Program-made: the position numbers and the translations under genes | In this document: positions 48,178 to 60,900 of the stretch, piece by piece | Position numbering within the stretch: the stretch's first letter is position 1 | How the letters are laid out: every line of letters begins with the position of its first letter | The notes under the pieces: generated by a model | The model's database searches: none | Seen by the model: the letters and a program-made list of their open reading frames with translations, nothing else | What the model was told of the DNA's origin: nothing | Source of the DNA: Lophium mytilinum | Taxonomy: Eukaryota | Length of the DNA stretch: 64,000 nucleotides | NCBI GenBank assembly: GCA_010093605.1 | Contig: MU004183.1 | Coordinates: forward strand, 1,922,001-1,986,000 | Direction: 5' to 3'

Positions 48178-49637
48178 TTAATCAACAAACTCCCGACTCT
48201 CCCCAATATCACACACGTCAAACACCCCCGTCTCCGGGATCCCCTTATCTTTCAGCGCCCGCTTCAAGAACCGCGGCGGCTCCATTACATCTTCCTCTGT
48301 CAGTACCCACGTGCCCCAGTGCATGCCCAGCGCCCGCCGACACTTCGTGTCTTTGAAGATGTTCACGCTGTCGACGGGATTCGCGTGCATAGGCGACATG
48401 ATATGGCGAGGGTCGTAGGCACCGATCGGGATGAGGCCGAGATCAAAGGGGCCACGGAGGGCGCCAATCTCAGCGAACGCAGGACAAACAGGTAGGTTGA
48501 GCTTCGGATCATAGTCGTCAGTCCCCTCAGGAAGGCGAGGGACGGCTCGGTAGCCCGTGTCACTGGAGCAGGTCAGTAAGCATGCACTTCTCTATGCGGA
48601 TGGCAAGCCGCCCAATATAAAAAGCGCAACTTACCCAGCAAAATACACCTTCTTCCCCCCACTCTCCACGCTCCACGACGCCCACAGCGTGCGGCACTTA
48701 TCCAACGGCCCGCGCGCCGAGACGTGCTGGCACGGCAAGCACCCAATCGTTGCCGTCATGGTCCCCAGCGGCGTCTCCTTCTTCACATCCACGTCCCCGA
48801 CCTCCACCGTACTCCCCCCATTGCTCTCCTTCACCAGCGACAGCGTGAAGTCCCGCTCCTGCCACCAATCCAGCTCCGTGACGCTGTGCACCTCACACTC
48901 CAAAAACCACTTCTTGTTCCCTAGCGGCACGAAGAAGTGCGCATTCGGGAACTTCTCTTTGATCTTCATGATGCACGGGTGCGACAGGTGGTCGTAGTGG
49001 TTGTGCGAGATGACCACCGCGTCGACGAACGGGATATTTTCGATCTGGCACGGCGGCTCCGTGTAGCGCTTCGGCCCCATGAAGGAGAAGGGCGAGCAGC
49101 GCGGTGTGAAGACGGGATCGTAGAGCACGCGCAGGCCGCTCGGGAATTCGATAAGGTAGCAGGCGTGCCCGAGCCAGGTGGCGCGCAGCTCGGGGGTCTC
49201 GCGGGTAGGGAGGAAGGAGGGGGCGCGGACGGGGACGGTTGGGGGGGTTGTGTCGGGGGCGTGGCTTTTGCCGCTGAGGCGCCGCCTAGAGGGGGAGTTA
49301 TGTGAGTAATTGTATTGTTTATATGGGTTTTGGGGAGTTGCGTTTACCAGATCATCTCGAAGATGATCATGGGCCCGACTGTCTCCTTCCACGAGTCCCA
49401 TGGGTTCAGGAAGCCTTTTCCATTCTTCAAATGATGTTTCAGCTCTTGAGCATCTTCGGGTTCGGCGCCGGCGAGCTGGGCAGGCGACGTCGTAGCCGAG
49501 TAGAGGGCGGCGGATGCAGCGACTGAAGCCATAGTGGTGGAGGTATAGGTGGTAAACGGCGCGCTGGGACGGAAGGTCTTCTTATTCGAAGCTACGATGC
49601 TGGGACGGGAGAGAGCCCGGCGCAATATCCAATGCAT
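48178..49637 (-). CDS. N-acyl-phosphatidylethanolamine phospholipase D-like metallo-beta-lactamase (Fmp30/NAPE-PLD family)
   Basis: [21 protein letters not shown] (HxHxDH), [26 protein letters not shown] and MHWGTW motifs. Introns 49286-49347 and 48563-48634. Confidence 0.93.
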
Positions 49638-50553
49638 CTAGAAAAATAACGGACGTAAGGAGGGCATGCGGTCAAGTTAAGGAAGTTGTCACGATACCCG
49701 AATCCTTCCAAAGCTTCACGCGACGTCGGCCAATTGGAGATGTTCGTTCTAGGTTGAAATATGGTGACGCCTCGACTAGTCGGACGAATAGCCCGCTTAA
49801 ATCCGAGTCCTCTCTCACGGTCATCGGACGTCGAACCCCCCGATCCAACGTCTAAATCTGTTTACTGAATTATAATCTTGTAGGTAGATGCCGGGAACTC
49901 GGTATGTCAGCAAACGCCGATCTGTTTTTATTGAAGTGTCGTATGCATCATAGAAGACGGATACCGCAGCCGTACGTGCAACCTAAACATGGGCAAGTGT
50001 CCTTTTTCTGCCAGACGCCACTAACAGGGAAAGCCTTACGTTATGATGGCGAAGTTATAAGAACTTATGAACGTTACTGTTCAATACTACTAATTAAGAT
50101 TATTGAAAGCGGTGACAGGAGCTGTATGCTAATTGCAGTTGGGGAGCTATAAGATGGTCCGTAACAGCAAATACGGTATTATATCCAAGGCTATCTAACT
50201 TCTACTGTGTAGATCCGCGCTGCACGCACGGTCTTGATATAGTAAGGAAGTAGGTTAGCATACAAGGGTACCAGTAGCTCCTCTAAGCCTAGGTTTTGCG
50301 CTTGCACCTAACCCTTGTATGCGGTGCGGTATCCGTCCAGAACATATCCTCCTTATACTACACCGCGAGTCTGCTATAACCTACGACTATTCTTATAGGC
50401 ACCGCGAAGGTCTCTAAGATACACTAAGGTTTTAGTTAGCCTAAGCTTGGTAAGCCGGCTTATAGAATTAAGCTTAAGTATCTACTGTTAGAAAATAGAG
50501 TAATGCCGTAGGTAGCGAGTACTAAGCTTCACGGCACGTGCTTGTACTATGTA

Positions 50554-51855
50554 CTATAGTATTAGGCGTATCTTTTATATATAGGTCAACCGAGCAGGGG
50601 GATGTAATAGGGGCCCCTAGAAAAGGGGGTAAATAGAAAATACTAATTACCACCCCTATTTATATAAGAATAAATGCTCCTTCTTCTATTATTATTTAAC
50701 GCGTTCTATCTCTATCTTAATCTATATTAATTTACTATACCGCCTAATTATTTATTACACCTTAGCTATAATTAATACTATAATATTAGGATATTATAGA
50801 GCGTTAGATAGAAATACTAAGACATTACTAATTACTATAGATTTACCTGGCGATAAGTTTAATACGCCTGTACCTAAGATTATTCTACTCTAAAGAAGAA
50901 GACTAGTTACAATTCTACCCTTTCTAAGAAAGAAGTAGATAAGATTAAAGTCTTTATCTATTCCTTCTAGACTAGAAGGTTAATAAGCTACCTCTATCTT
51001 ACTACTAGCCTATTTAAGTATCTCTAAGTAGGTAAATATACTATCTAACGTGCATTAAGATACTAAGGCTATTTCCGCTATATAGCTAGGGCTAAGCTAC
51101 CTCTTAATAAGTAGAACTAATAAAAGCGTAAGCTATAGGCCTAATAGTACCTTAATTAGACTAGGGAATAATAGTATTTAATTCTATAGAGTAATAAAAT
51201 CTAGGTAATAGAAGGGAGGCATAGAAAATAATAGGTAATAAGAAAGGTAGAAGAGAAGCTCTAGAATACCTATATCTTAGAGAAGATTAAAAAGCGCCGT
51301 AGTTAAATATTCTAGGGCTACTTCTCTAGGGAAGTAAAAGGACTAAGTCTCTTCTAGAAGAAGGAATAGAGTATAATTAATAAGACCTCTTATTATAAGA
51401 GGATTATTCCTCTTATTTATAGATAGATTTAGATAAATCTATACCTTCTCTTTATATAGAATAGTGCTCTAGGTTATAAGGTAGTAGAAACTAAGGAGGA
51501 ACTATTAAAAAGGGGCATTAAAACTATCTTCTAGCCGGCCTATTTACTAGATTTAAACCCTATAGAAACTATATAGAATTAAATAAAGAATTAGATTAAG
51601 GAGTGCTATAGCCTAGCCTATTATAGCTATAATAAGCTAAGGCAGTATATAAAGAAGGCATGGGATGCTATTACTATAGATTAACTTAATTTACTAATTA
51701 ATACTATGCATAACCGCTGCTAGACTGTAATAGACGCTAAAGAAGGGTTTATAAAGTATTAAGTTATAATTTATAAGATCTATTGATAGAATCACCCCCT
51801 GTTGCACCCCCCTGCTCGGTTGACCCACATACAAAAGATACGCCTGATACCATAG
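50554..51855 (+). mobile_element. RIP-inactivated Tc1/mariner (DD34E-type) DNA transposon, 1302 bp
   Basis: 60-bp TIRs (50554-50613 and 51796-51855) with TA on both sides (50552-53, 51856-57). The decayed transposase at ~51532-51600 reads *PAYLLDLNPIETI*N*IK, i.e. the WPxxSPDLNPIExxW motif after C>T/G>A mutation. Confidence 0.92.
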
Positions 51856-52349
51856 TAGAAGGTCCCTAGAGAACCGACTCCATGGCACTCTGAGATCGAC
51901 ATTTCCAACGCCCATGTCCCTGTCAGTCTTAGCCACTTCAAGAGGCGCAGCGAGGCAAAAAGCCACATATCCAATATGGCGGGGCAAGCAGACGGGAGGT
52001 TCAGGTGGGGTAGTTCGAGTCACAACACTGCTTACAGCGCATAGAAGAAAACAGCATGGAGATCAAAAGATCGTAAGGTTGATTAGGTCGGGTCCACAAA
52101 GGAACCCAAAAGGTAGAGGTATCATAAGAGCAAGCAAGCCCTTCGGAACCGAAACGCCCACCCAAAACATCCGCAGCATCGATGCTCCGTCTTTTTCAAG
52201 AATTTGAAAACACTTCTTCCTGATCTTTGTTTCGGCACCTGCCAACAATACGCTCTCTACTGTTGGCTCCCACCTATCCAATCCCGGTCTATCTACTGCA
52301 TTCCCTTCAGATGTTTGTCGTATGCCAGAGTGCTGTCGATAACTGTCGT

Positions 52350-53140
52350 CTAAGAGTGGATGTGGACCTCGGTGGTGCCGCTACGATGCCAGGTAGCAAG
52401 CAACACACCGCAGCGACCGCACTTGTGCTGGACGTCCTTGAGCGAGTTCATGAGGTAGGGAATGCAGCCCAAGCAAACAAGGCAGCAGAGACCGAGAGCC
52501 CAAGCGCTGTGAATATCCGTTAGCTTCTCTCCTCCTTAATTTCGGCTCTGACATCAACGTACTGGGTGGTGTTGCCGACTTCATACGAAACACTCGTCAT
52601 CGCACGCTGGCCACAGGCGGGGCAGTCCGCAGGCGCAGGACCGCGTCCCAAGTTCGCGATCGGGGTCGCGCTCTGGTACACGGTGCCCGTCTGCTGCTGG
52701 CCGATTGACATGCCGGATTGCTGGTGGCCTTGGGCGGCGTAGGCTTGTTGGGGCTGCTGGGGGGGAGCGCCGTATGCGCCCTGTTGTGGGGGAGGCGACT
52801 GGTTGTATTGGGCTTGCGGCTGGCCCTGTTGGTATTGCTGCTGAAACTGCGCGTTCGGGTCTTGGTGGTAGACTGGTGGCTGGCCGGTCATGTCGGGGGA
52901 CTGGACTGGCGCCGGGTATTGGTTCATGGGGACTAAGACAGTCATCGTCAGTTGGACGGTTCTTGGACTTGGGATTGCGGTGAAGAGAGTGACGGGAGTG
53001 TTGAGCATGGCAGAGTTGCTAGCGTTTAAAGCATTTCACTGTTGAAGCGCGAAGTGTCCAGTTCGCTTCTGTGCAGGCGATCGTCTCTTCCAGGTTTGCG
53101 CATAGAAAAGGAGTAACGACGTACCGTTTGTCTTCTCCAT
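52350..53140 (-). CDS. LITAF-domain membrane-associated protein
   Basis: Micro-exon MEKTN, then introns 52933-53124 and 52508-52563. Gln/Pro-rich N-terminus, then ADCPACG..HAWALGLCCLVCLGCIPYLM..KDVQHKCGRCG (CxxC, hydrophobic stretch, HxCxxC). Confidence 0.9.
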
Positions 53141-54091
53141 TGTGACTGTGTGGTGTGCTGTGAAGCTGAATTAAACGGATATACGTTGATGAATGGGAGG
53201 CAGCGCTCAGGAATGAATGAAGGACAGTCGGTGGGACAACAAAGAGACTGGTGACGGTTTCGGAGCACGAGAGGAAAGCTTTACGGAACGGCCCCCAGGA
53301 GAGAGAGAGGCGCGACTCTTTTATCGAAGGCTGAGAGCACCAGCCGAGACGGGCGCATGCAGGGCTGAAGGAGATGGTGTCGCCCAGACCAGGCTCGTGG
53401 AGCAGGGGGGACCATTTACCTTGCACGCCGCCCTCATTTCAATGCTCAGCTGCGGCGCATGCAGCCAATCACAACCGCCGGTGCTGCGGCACTCTAACAC
53501 GAATGGCACAGCCGTGGGGCGGCTAGTGCTCAAGACGGGCCGTGATTTGTTGTCCAACAGCCAAGGGCTCAGCCTCAGACTTTAAGGGCGATCGCAGGCC
53601 ACGGTCGAGGCGGAGTCGGTACAAGGGAAAGCGAGAAAGCAATCCATCGTGAGTCTGAACTATCGCCAAGCGCCTCGACGGGGTTTCAACTGCCAGAACT
53701 GGAGAGCTGCCATCCGTAACCGTCTTCTCTACCCGCCCCCACGTTTAGGACTGGCAGTGGTATAAGAGTAAGCTTCTGGCCCGTTCATGCTGCGGCTTGA
53801 AACGAGACGACCCTTGCGCCTCCTCATCGCCCATTGACCGCATTCGAATCCGCCCTCAGCGCTCTTCTCGCACGTTAAATTTGCTCGACACCGGCGGCCG
53901 TGGTCGCATAGTCGAAGTCTGGTAGAGAGCGCGGGAAGCCCCGTGGCGCAGGCAGACTGACCGGAAATCTGCAGGTCCCCGGTGCACCGGCGCCTAATTC
54001 TATTCCTAGCAACCGACGGCCTGGTCCAGCCTGCAAGGGCTGTTTGGGATGTCGTAGGTGTACTGTACTGCTGCTCCGTACGTACTATGTA

Positions 54092-54295
54092 CAGCAGTTC
54101 ACCACGTCCGGTGACCTAGCGCGGAAACTGAGACGACCCCAGTCAGCTACTTTTCCGGGCTAACGTTAATTTGGCTCAAAGACTAATTGGCTAGGAGGCT
54201 GCTAATTACCCTTAAGGCCGGCCGGAAAAGCTACCTTAGATGGTAAGTCTGTGGCTTGATTTTAGCGCTTGTTCACCGGACGTTGTGAACTGCTG
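54092..54295. mobile_element. 204-bp MITE (Tc1/mariner-pogo type)
   Basis: 31-bp TIRs CAGCAGTTCACCACGTCCGGTGACCTAGCGC and the reverse complement of 54265-54295 (3 mismatches). TA on both flanks (54090-91, 54296-97). No coding capacity. Confidence 0.8.
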
Positions 54296-54732
54296 TACGT
54301 TGTACATACAGTAGCTCAGTGAGACCCCATCGCTTAAGGCTAAGCGCTACAGCGGCCTGCCTGATACGGCTATCGACTGTCTATAGTCTGTGGCATGTGG
54401 CTCGCTTCCATGCAGAGAATTTTGCTTGGAGGAGCTTGCTTGTAACCCCCCCTCTCTCTGCGTATCACCCCCCTATTCTCTGCGTATCACCCCCCCTCCT
54501 TTTAACTAGCTCCGGCGCCGTATTAACATTGTTCCACTAATTAAACTTACTTATTTAACTTTATAGAAGGCTATATAAAATAGTAAGTATATATTATAAA
54601 ATAGAAAGGCTATAGTATACTAGCTATTAGAAGTCTATTTACTCTATCTATTAAAGCTAGTCTAGAAGTAGAAGGCGCCTAGATAGCTACTATCTAATTA
54701 CTAGCTAAAAGAAATACTAACTAGGCCTATAT

Positions 54733-54925
54733 TATTATAGCTATATATTTATATATAATATATAACTAGAGATTATATAATAGAGGCTCTATAGAATAGA
54801 TAAATATTACTCCGCCCTTTAGGTTATTATAATGCCTATTCTAGAAACCTCTTTCTCTCTTATATTTATCTTTTATTAATATTAATACTATTTAATCTAA
54901 TATTCTAACCTTAAGCCCTAATATA
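54733..54925 (+). repeat. 5' LTR (193 bp)
   Basis: Aligns without gaps to 63169-63361 with 9 differences, all transitions. Termini TA..TA are the RIP'd form of TG..CA. Confidence 0.92.
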
Positions 54926-57900
54926 AGATAAATACCCTTTTAGCTTCCGGGAGTAATAAAAGCAACCCCTAGAAAATTTTCTATAATAGAGTGCGCTCTT
55001 ATAATAAGCTATAGTATACTTATATCTACTAATATAGTAACTATTAGTAGTATTATAGACCCCTAATAAAGACTATACTTAATAATATAGTATATCTATT
55101 AGTAGCGCCGCGGGCCCCTAATAAAGTAATCTAGCTATTATATATAAAGTTAAATAATAGACCTTATAACTATAGTAGTACTTATAAGCCTCTATAATAG
55201 AGGAGTAGTAGTAGCACTCTAGAAAGTTCTTACTAATTCTTATTAATTACTTTAATAGCTCTATAACTTTTTTTTCTATCTAATTTACTATTACTATATA
55301 GAGACTAATACCCGGAAAGCTTAGTATTAATAATAGCGCGCGCGCGCGCCTAGTGTCTCTAATTAATTACTATTACTATATAGAGACTAACGCCCGGAAA
55401 GCTTAGTATTAATAATAGCTAGCCTATATATATACTTAGTATTATAGAATAAGTATCTATAGACTATCTATTTTCTATATACTATCTATTTTATAAATAG
55501 ACTACCTAATATTATTATTTACTATAACCCTCTAATAATACCGCAACTAACTATAATAGGCGCTAGTTTCTTAAGCCTTCTATGCGGCTGGTGCGCGTAG
55601 TAAATAATCTAAAATTTATTAATAGCTTATATATAAATTTAATAGCTTACTTCTTTAAGTTTTCTTTCTTCTATACTAATCTTTTTCTACCTTCTTATAT
55701 AGCTAACCCTAACTGCTATACTTTTAACTACGCTAAAGCCCTATAGTTTAGTAATTCTATTTCTAGTAGATACTCTACTACTAGACGCCTATTTAGTAAT
55801 ACTAATAGTATTTCTATTAACCCCCGCTATATTAGCATTATATTACGTTAAGAAGGCGCCTCTAACCTATAGTACTTTTTTATAGAAGATAATAATAATA
55901 ATATAATATAGATTAATTACAGCCTATAGCCCCCTTTTATTTAGCTAGTAAACCTACCCTTTTAAGGCGCTACTTAGTTCTAGTTATAGATATTAGCTAC
56001 TACTTCTTAACTATTAATTAGACTAGTCCCGCTAATTATACCTACTAAGATATACTATTATTAGACTAAATTTAGTACTATAGGTAAGCCTCTACTAGTT
56101 ACTCTAGCTTCTCTAGTAGAGAATACTATAGAGGAGACTATACTTCTACTTTTCTATATTAGTAGCTATATACTAGGTAATTTTAATTTACCTAATAAAT
56201 TTATAAATATAATAGCCGGCCTTAATAATATAACTACTACCTATAATAATAGCTCTTTCTCTAACTTTAACTTAGCTAATAAATAAGACTATTAAGAGGA
56301 GGAACGTTAGTTTAGTAATAACGCAGATAATAAAGTAAATAAGCTTAAGATAGTATATTAAGGTATTACTATTAATACTTCTAATACTATAGTATACTAT
56401 AATACTATTTCTAAGATATATTAGTCCCGCGACTCTAAGTATCTAAGAATACTACTAGTTTATAGTATTCTCTCCTCTAATATATCTCTATTATAACACT
56501 AATCTACCCGCGTTAAATTAATTACTAGACTTAATACTTCTAACCTAGCCTAGTAAGTAGCGGGTATAGAATAGAGTAATAAGTAATATATTATAATATG
56601 CGTAGAAGACTATTAATAATTATATCTTATAATTATATAGCGCGCTAGCAGCTCTATCTTTAAAATGCGGTATAGTAATAGACTATAAGAATAATATAAG
56701 CTTTAGAACCTATAGAAGCTTATTTAGAATATTTAACTAGTACTATAATAATAGTAGAACTATATTATACTAGTAGATAAGAACTATAATAACTCTAGAT
56801 ATAGAATAAATATTACTATATAAAAATAAAACGCCGCTAACACTACTATTAAGAACCTAAATAAGAAATATTTACTTACTAATAATAAACTCTCTAAGCT
56901 TTAGATACAGGTCCACACCCTTAACTATAAACTTAAGTCCAAGTAGATAAAGTTAGCCCGCGTACAACGCCTATATAATAAAAAGCACGCTAACTTCTAG
57001 GCCTAAACTATTTAGCTTAATAATCTAGAAGCTAGATACTAATAGGCCTTAATATAGATTATCTAGCTTAAAGCTTAAATCTAATAGAATATATTAGTAG
57101 AATAATTTAATAATCTATATATAGATCTATATAAATATACTACTAATTATAACTCTACTAATAATACCTCTCTACCGCTACTAGTAGGACTATATACTCT
57201 TAACCTAGATAAGTTCTAATATAACTATATTCTAGAATAATACTTTACTACTACTAGAGGTAGAGGTAGAGGTAGAGATAATCTAAACCTAAGCTAACTA
57301 GGCGGTTTTACTTAACTATAGGTCTATAGACCTATCTATTCTTATTTTAGATAGTAAGGCTCTTAACCTAAGTATACCTACTTATAGAACTTTAAATTAG
57401 GAGCTTTAGTATATATAGTATAGAAGAACTATCTAATCTACTTAGTCTAAGTAGACTAGTAGACCTACTCTATAGCTATAATCTAAATCTAGCTTATTAT
57501 TAGCTACTATAAGGGGCGTGTATATAAGGTTATAGAAGACTATAGTCTTCTTATATCTACTAACCTATATTAATTACTTAATAAACTTATCTAAGATCTA
57601 GATACTATATTCTAAAAGAGTAATACTATCTATTATAATTATCTTCTTAACTAGCTTAATAGTAAGAGCATAAAATAGTAATATAATAAAAAGATATTAG
57701 ACTTTCTATAACGCCTTAATATTATTCTTAATAGGCTTAAGTATAGTAAAATTAAGGATAACCTTATAACTTAATACTATTACCTTAAGGAAATACTATA
57801 TATAGATCTTACTAAATATATTAACTTTAGTTTATTAACCTAGTACTAGGTAAAAGATAATATTCTATATAAGGACTATTATTATATTTAATATAAAAAA

Positions 57901-60900
57901 TATGCTAATAAAAAACTTCTTACTATATAAATCTTAGTACGCCGCTTAAATAATATATACGCGTAGGATAGCTATTATAACTCTAACTACACCCGGTGTA
58001 AAGTATCTACTACTAAGACTAATAACTATATTACTATTAAGAAGACTACTACTATTCTACTACTAAGCGTCCTACTATATATCTATCTACGCCTTAGTAA
58101 GAAAGAATATTACTTTAGCTATTTTAAAAAGAACTACTGCGCCGGTAACTCTAAGTATTCTATAGCTAGAAAGACTATAATAGAGGCTTAGCGTAATAAG
58201 CACCTTATAGCTGCAGGCATTAATAGTATTAAACTTAACGCCTTTAAGTATAGTAGTAATAAGAAATATTAATATAAATATAAATATAAATATAAGGACT
58301 ATAACTAGAAGAAAGACAACTATATAGTTTACTCTAATTACTTAGAAAATGCTTAATCTCTAATAAAAGTTGTTATTAGAGATAGTTAGAAGATATGCTA
58401 GCCTAAGCTCTTATATATATTTAAGAGCTTAAGCTACCTCCTCTAAAGCTACCTAATATTAAGCTATCTATATACGCTATTAGACTTATTCTACTATCTA
58501 GTAAATAGATAGACTTTAACTATAGAATTAAGACTTTAACTAGAATAGTTAAATCTATAGTCCTTATAGATTCTAGATATAGAGAATTTATATTTATATC
58601 TATAAGCTTTACTAAATAATATAAGCTTAATATCTATAAAGCTACTCTATAAAATATTAAGCTACTAAATAGCTCTACCTCTATTATTAACTAGGTAGCT
58701 AAAGTTACTATATAAATAGAAGGCTACTATAATAAGTTCTAGGCCCTTATCTATAATCTTAAGGGCTATAATATTATTCTTAGTATAGGTTAGCTTATAA
58801 TATATAATGCTTATATAAAATTTAGTACCTAAATAATATAGCTAGACTTAGATTACTATTACTCTTAATATCTAGTTAACTATAAACTAGTCTATATTTA
58901 GTTAAAAGACTCTATAGCCTGCACTAGTAAGCGCCTATTCTAGTAGAAACTTAATGCACAGCTTATAGCCTTTAAGGCGCTTAATATTAGCGCTATTTCT
59001 AGTAATAACTATCTATATAATTCTTAATAGTCCTCTAAAGAAGATACTATTTATATATAGCCTAAATACTTTAAGTTAGTACTTACTAATAAGAAAGCTA
59101 AAGCCTATACACGCGCTAATAGACGCCTATATAAACCCGGCAATATTATTCTAGGTCTAGCTAACTTTACTAATAACCTAGTAGCTATTAGCCTATATAT
59201 AATATTAAAAGATAACTAGCGGAAATTCTTTAAGAAGATAGAGTGTAAGCTAATAACCCGCAATAAACTTAAAGTATTAGTACCTATAGAGTATTATATT
59301 ATAGCTTTCTTAATATATAGAACCTAAAGAAAGTAAATAAGCTTCTACTCTATTATAAAGTAAAAAATAGTACTAATATTAATTACTATATTAATATTAA
59401 ACTAGAATCTAAAGTACCGGCACGCAAAGTCTATAGACTCTTAAGAGATAAGATACTAGTTATTAAAATATTTATTAATAAAATATATAGTAAGAGCTAT
59501 ATTTAGAAAAGTAATAGTTAATATATAGCCCTAGTTATTATTATCTATAAACTAGGTAGAGGTCTATATATCTATGTTAATTATTAAGGCCTTAACGCTA
59601 TTATAATTAAGGCCTAAAATGTCCCTCTAGCTATAAAGAATACTCTAGCTCTATTAAAATACGCCTAATACTATATAAAGTTTAATATTATTACCGCCTT
59701 TAACGCTATTTAAATGCGGGAAGGTAATAAAAAGTATATAGCGTTCCTTACTAAATATAGACTATTTAAATTTACTATTCTACTATTTAGCTTATATAAT
59801 GCCCTAGTAATATTCTAAGCCTTTATTAATAATATCCTCTTAGAATATTTAGATAATTTCTATATAGCCTATCTTAATAATATTCTTATCTTTAGTAATA
59901 TATTAAAGGAATATATAGGCTATATTAAGAAGGTCCTCTAGTAACTCTATAAGGTAGGCCTATTTCTTAATATTACTAAATATAAATTCTATAAATAAGA
60001 AGTTAAGTATCTAGGCGTTATTATTAGTATTAACGGCCTTAAAATAGATCTAGCTAAAGTTAAGATAGTTATTAACTAGCTATAACTATAGAACCTCTAT
60101 AATATATAAGCTTTTCTAGGCTTCTATAACTTCTACCGGTAATTTATTATTACTTACTCTAACATTATAGGACCCCTTATAAGACTTACTAGGGTAGAGG
60201 TCTATAAGTAGTTTACCTTTCTATAGTAGAAAGGTAGCTTAGAGGACTTCTCCTTTAAGTAAATAAAATAAGTATTTATTAACGCTCCTTAGATAGCCTA
60301 CTTTAATCTAGACCTAGAGATATAGATAGAATATAATATATCTAATACTATTATAGCTGCTATACTATTCTAAATATAAGATAGCGTACTCCGCCTAGTT
60401 ATATTTATATTCTATTAGATAAGCGTAACCTAGCTTAACTATTAAATCTATAATAAAGAACTTCTAGCAATTATCCGCGCCTTTAAAGAATAGCGTATAG
60501 AACTTACTAGTTATAGCTATAGTAACCCTATTAAAGTTCTTTTAGACTACTAGATATTATAGTATTTTATAGAAACTAAGCAGCTTAATTAAAGATAAGC
60601 TAGATAGGCTAAATTCCTTTCTAAGTTTAACTTCTAGATTACTTACAGGCCCGGTAAGAATAATAGTAAGGCTAATTTACTAACTAGATATCTAGGTAAT
60701 ATACTAGATAAAGATAATAAACACTATAAGATTTAGTAATAGACTATTCTTAAGAACTATAACCTAGAACTAGAAATATATTATATAATTAAACTAGCCT
60801 ATATTATAACTAATAGCGTTACCTATAATATAGTCTCTCTTATAGTAATAATATATAATCTTAGTAAAGTAGAACTTAATTAGAGGGAGTCTTAAAGTAA

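Noticed and set aside
52933..53008. ORF-track start of the LITAF gene (MLNTPV)
   Set aside because: It lies in an intron with a CTGAC branch site and TTAG acceptor; the upstream MEKTN micro-exon splices in frame.
55703..55713. CTAACCCTAAC telomere/TER-template-like string
   Set aside because: It sits inside the RIP'd retrotransposon, where TAA-rich words arise by mutation; it is not an array.
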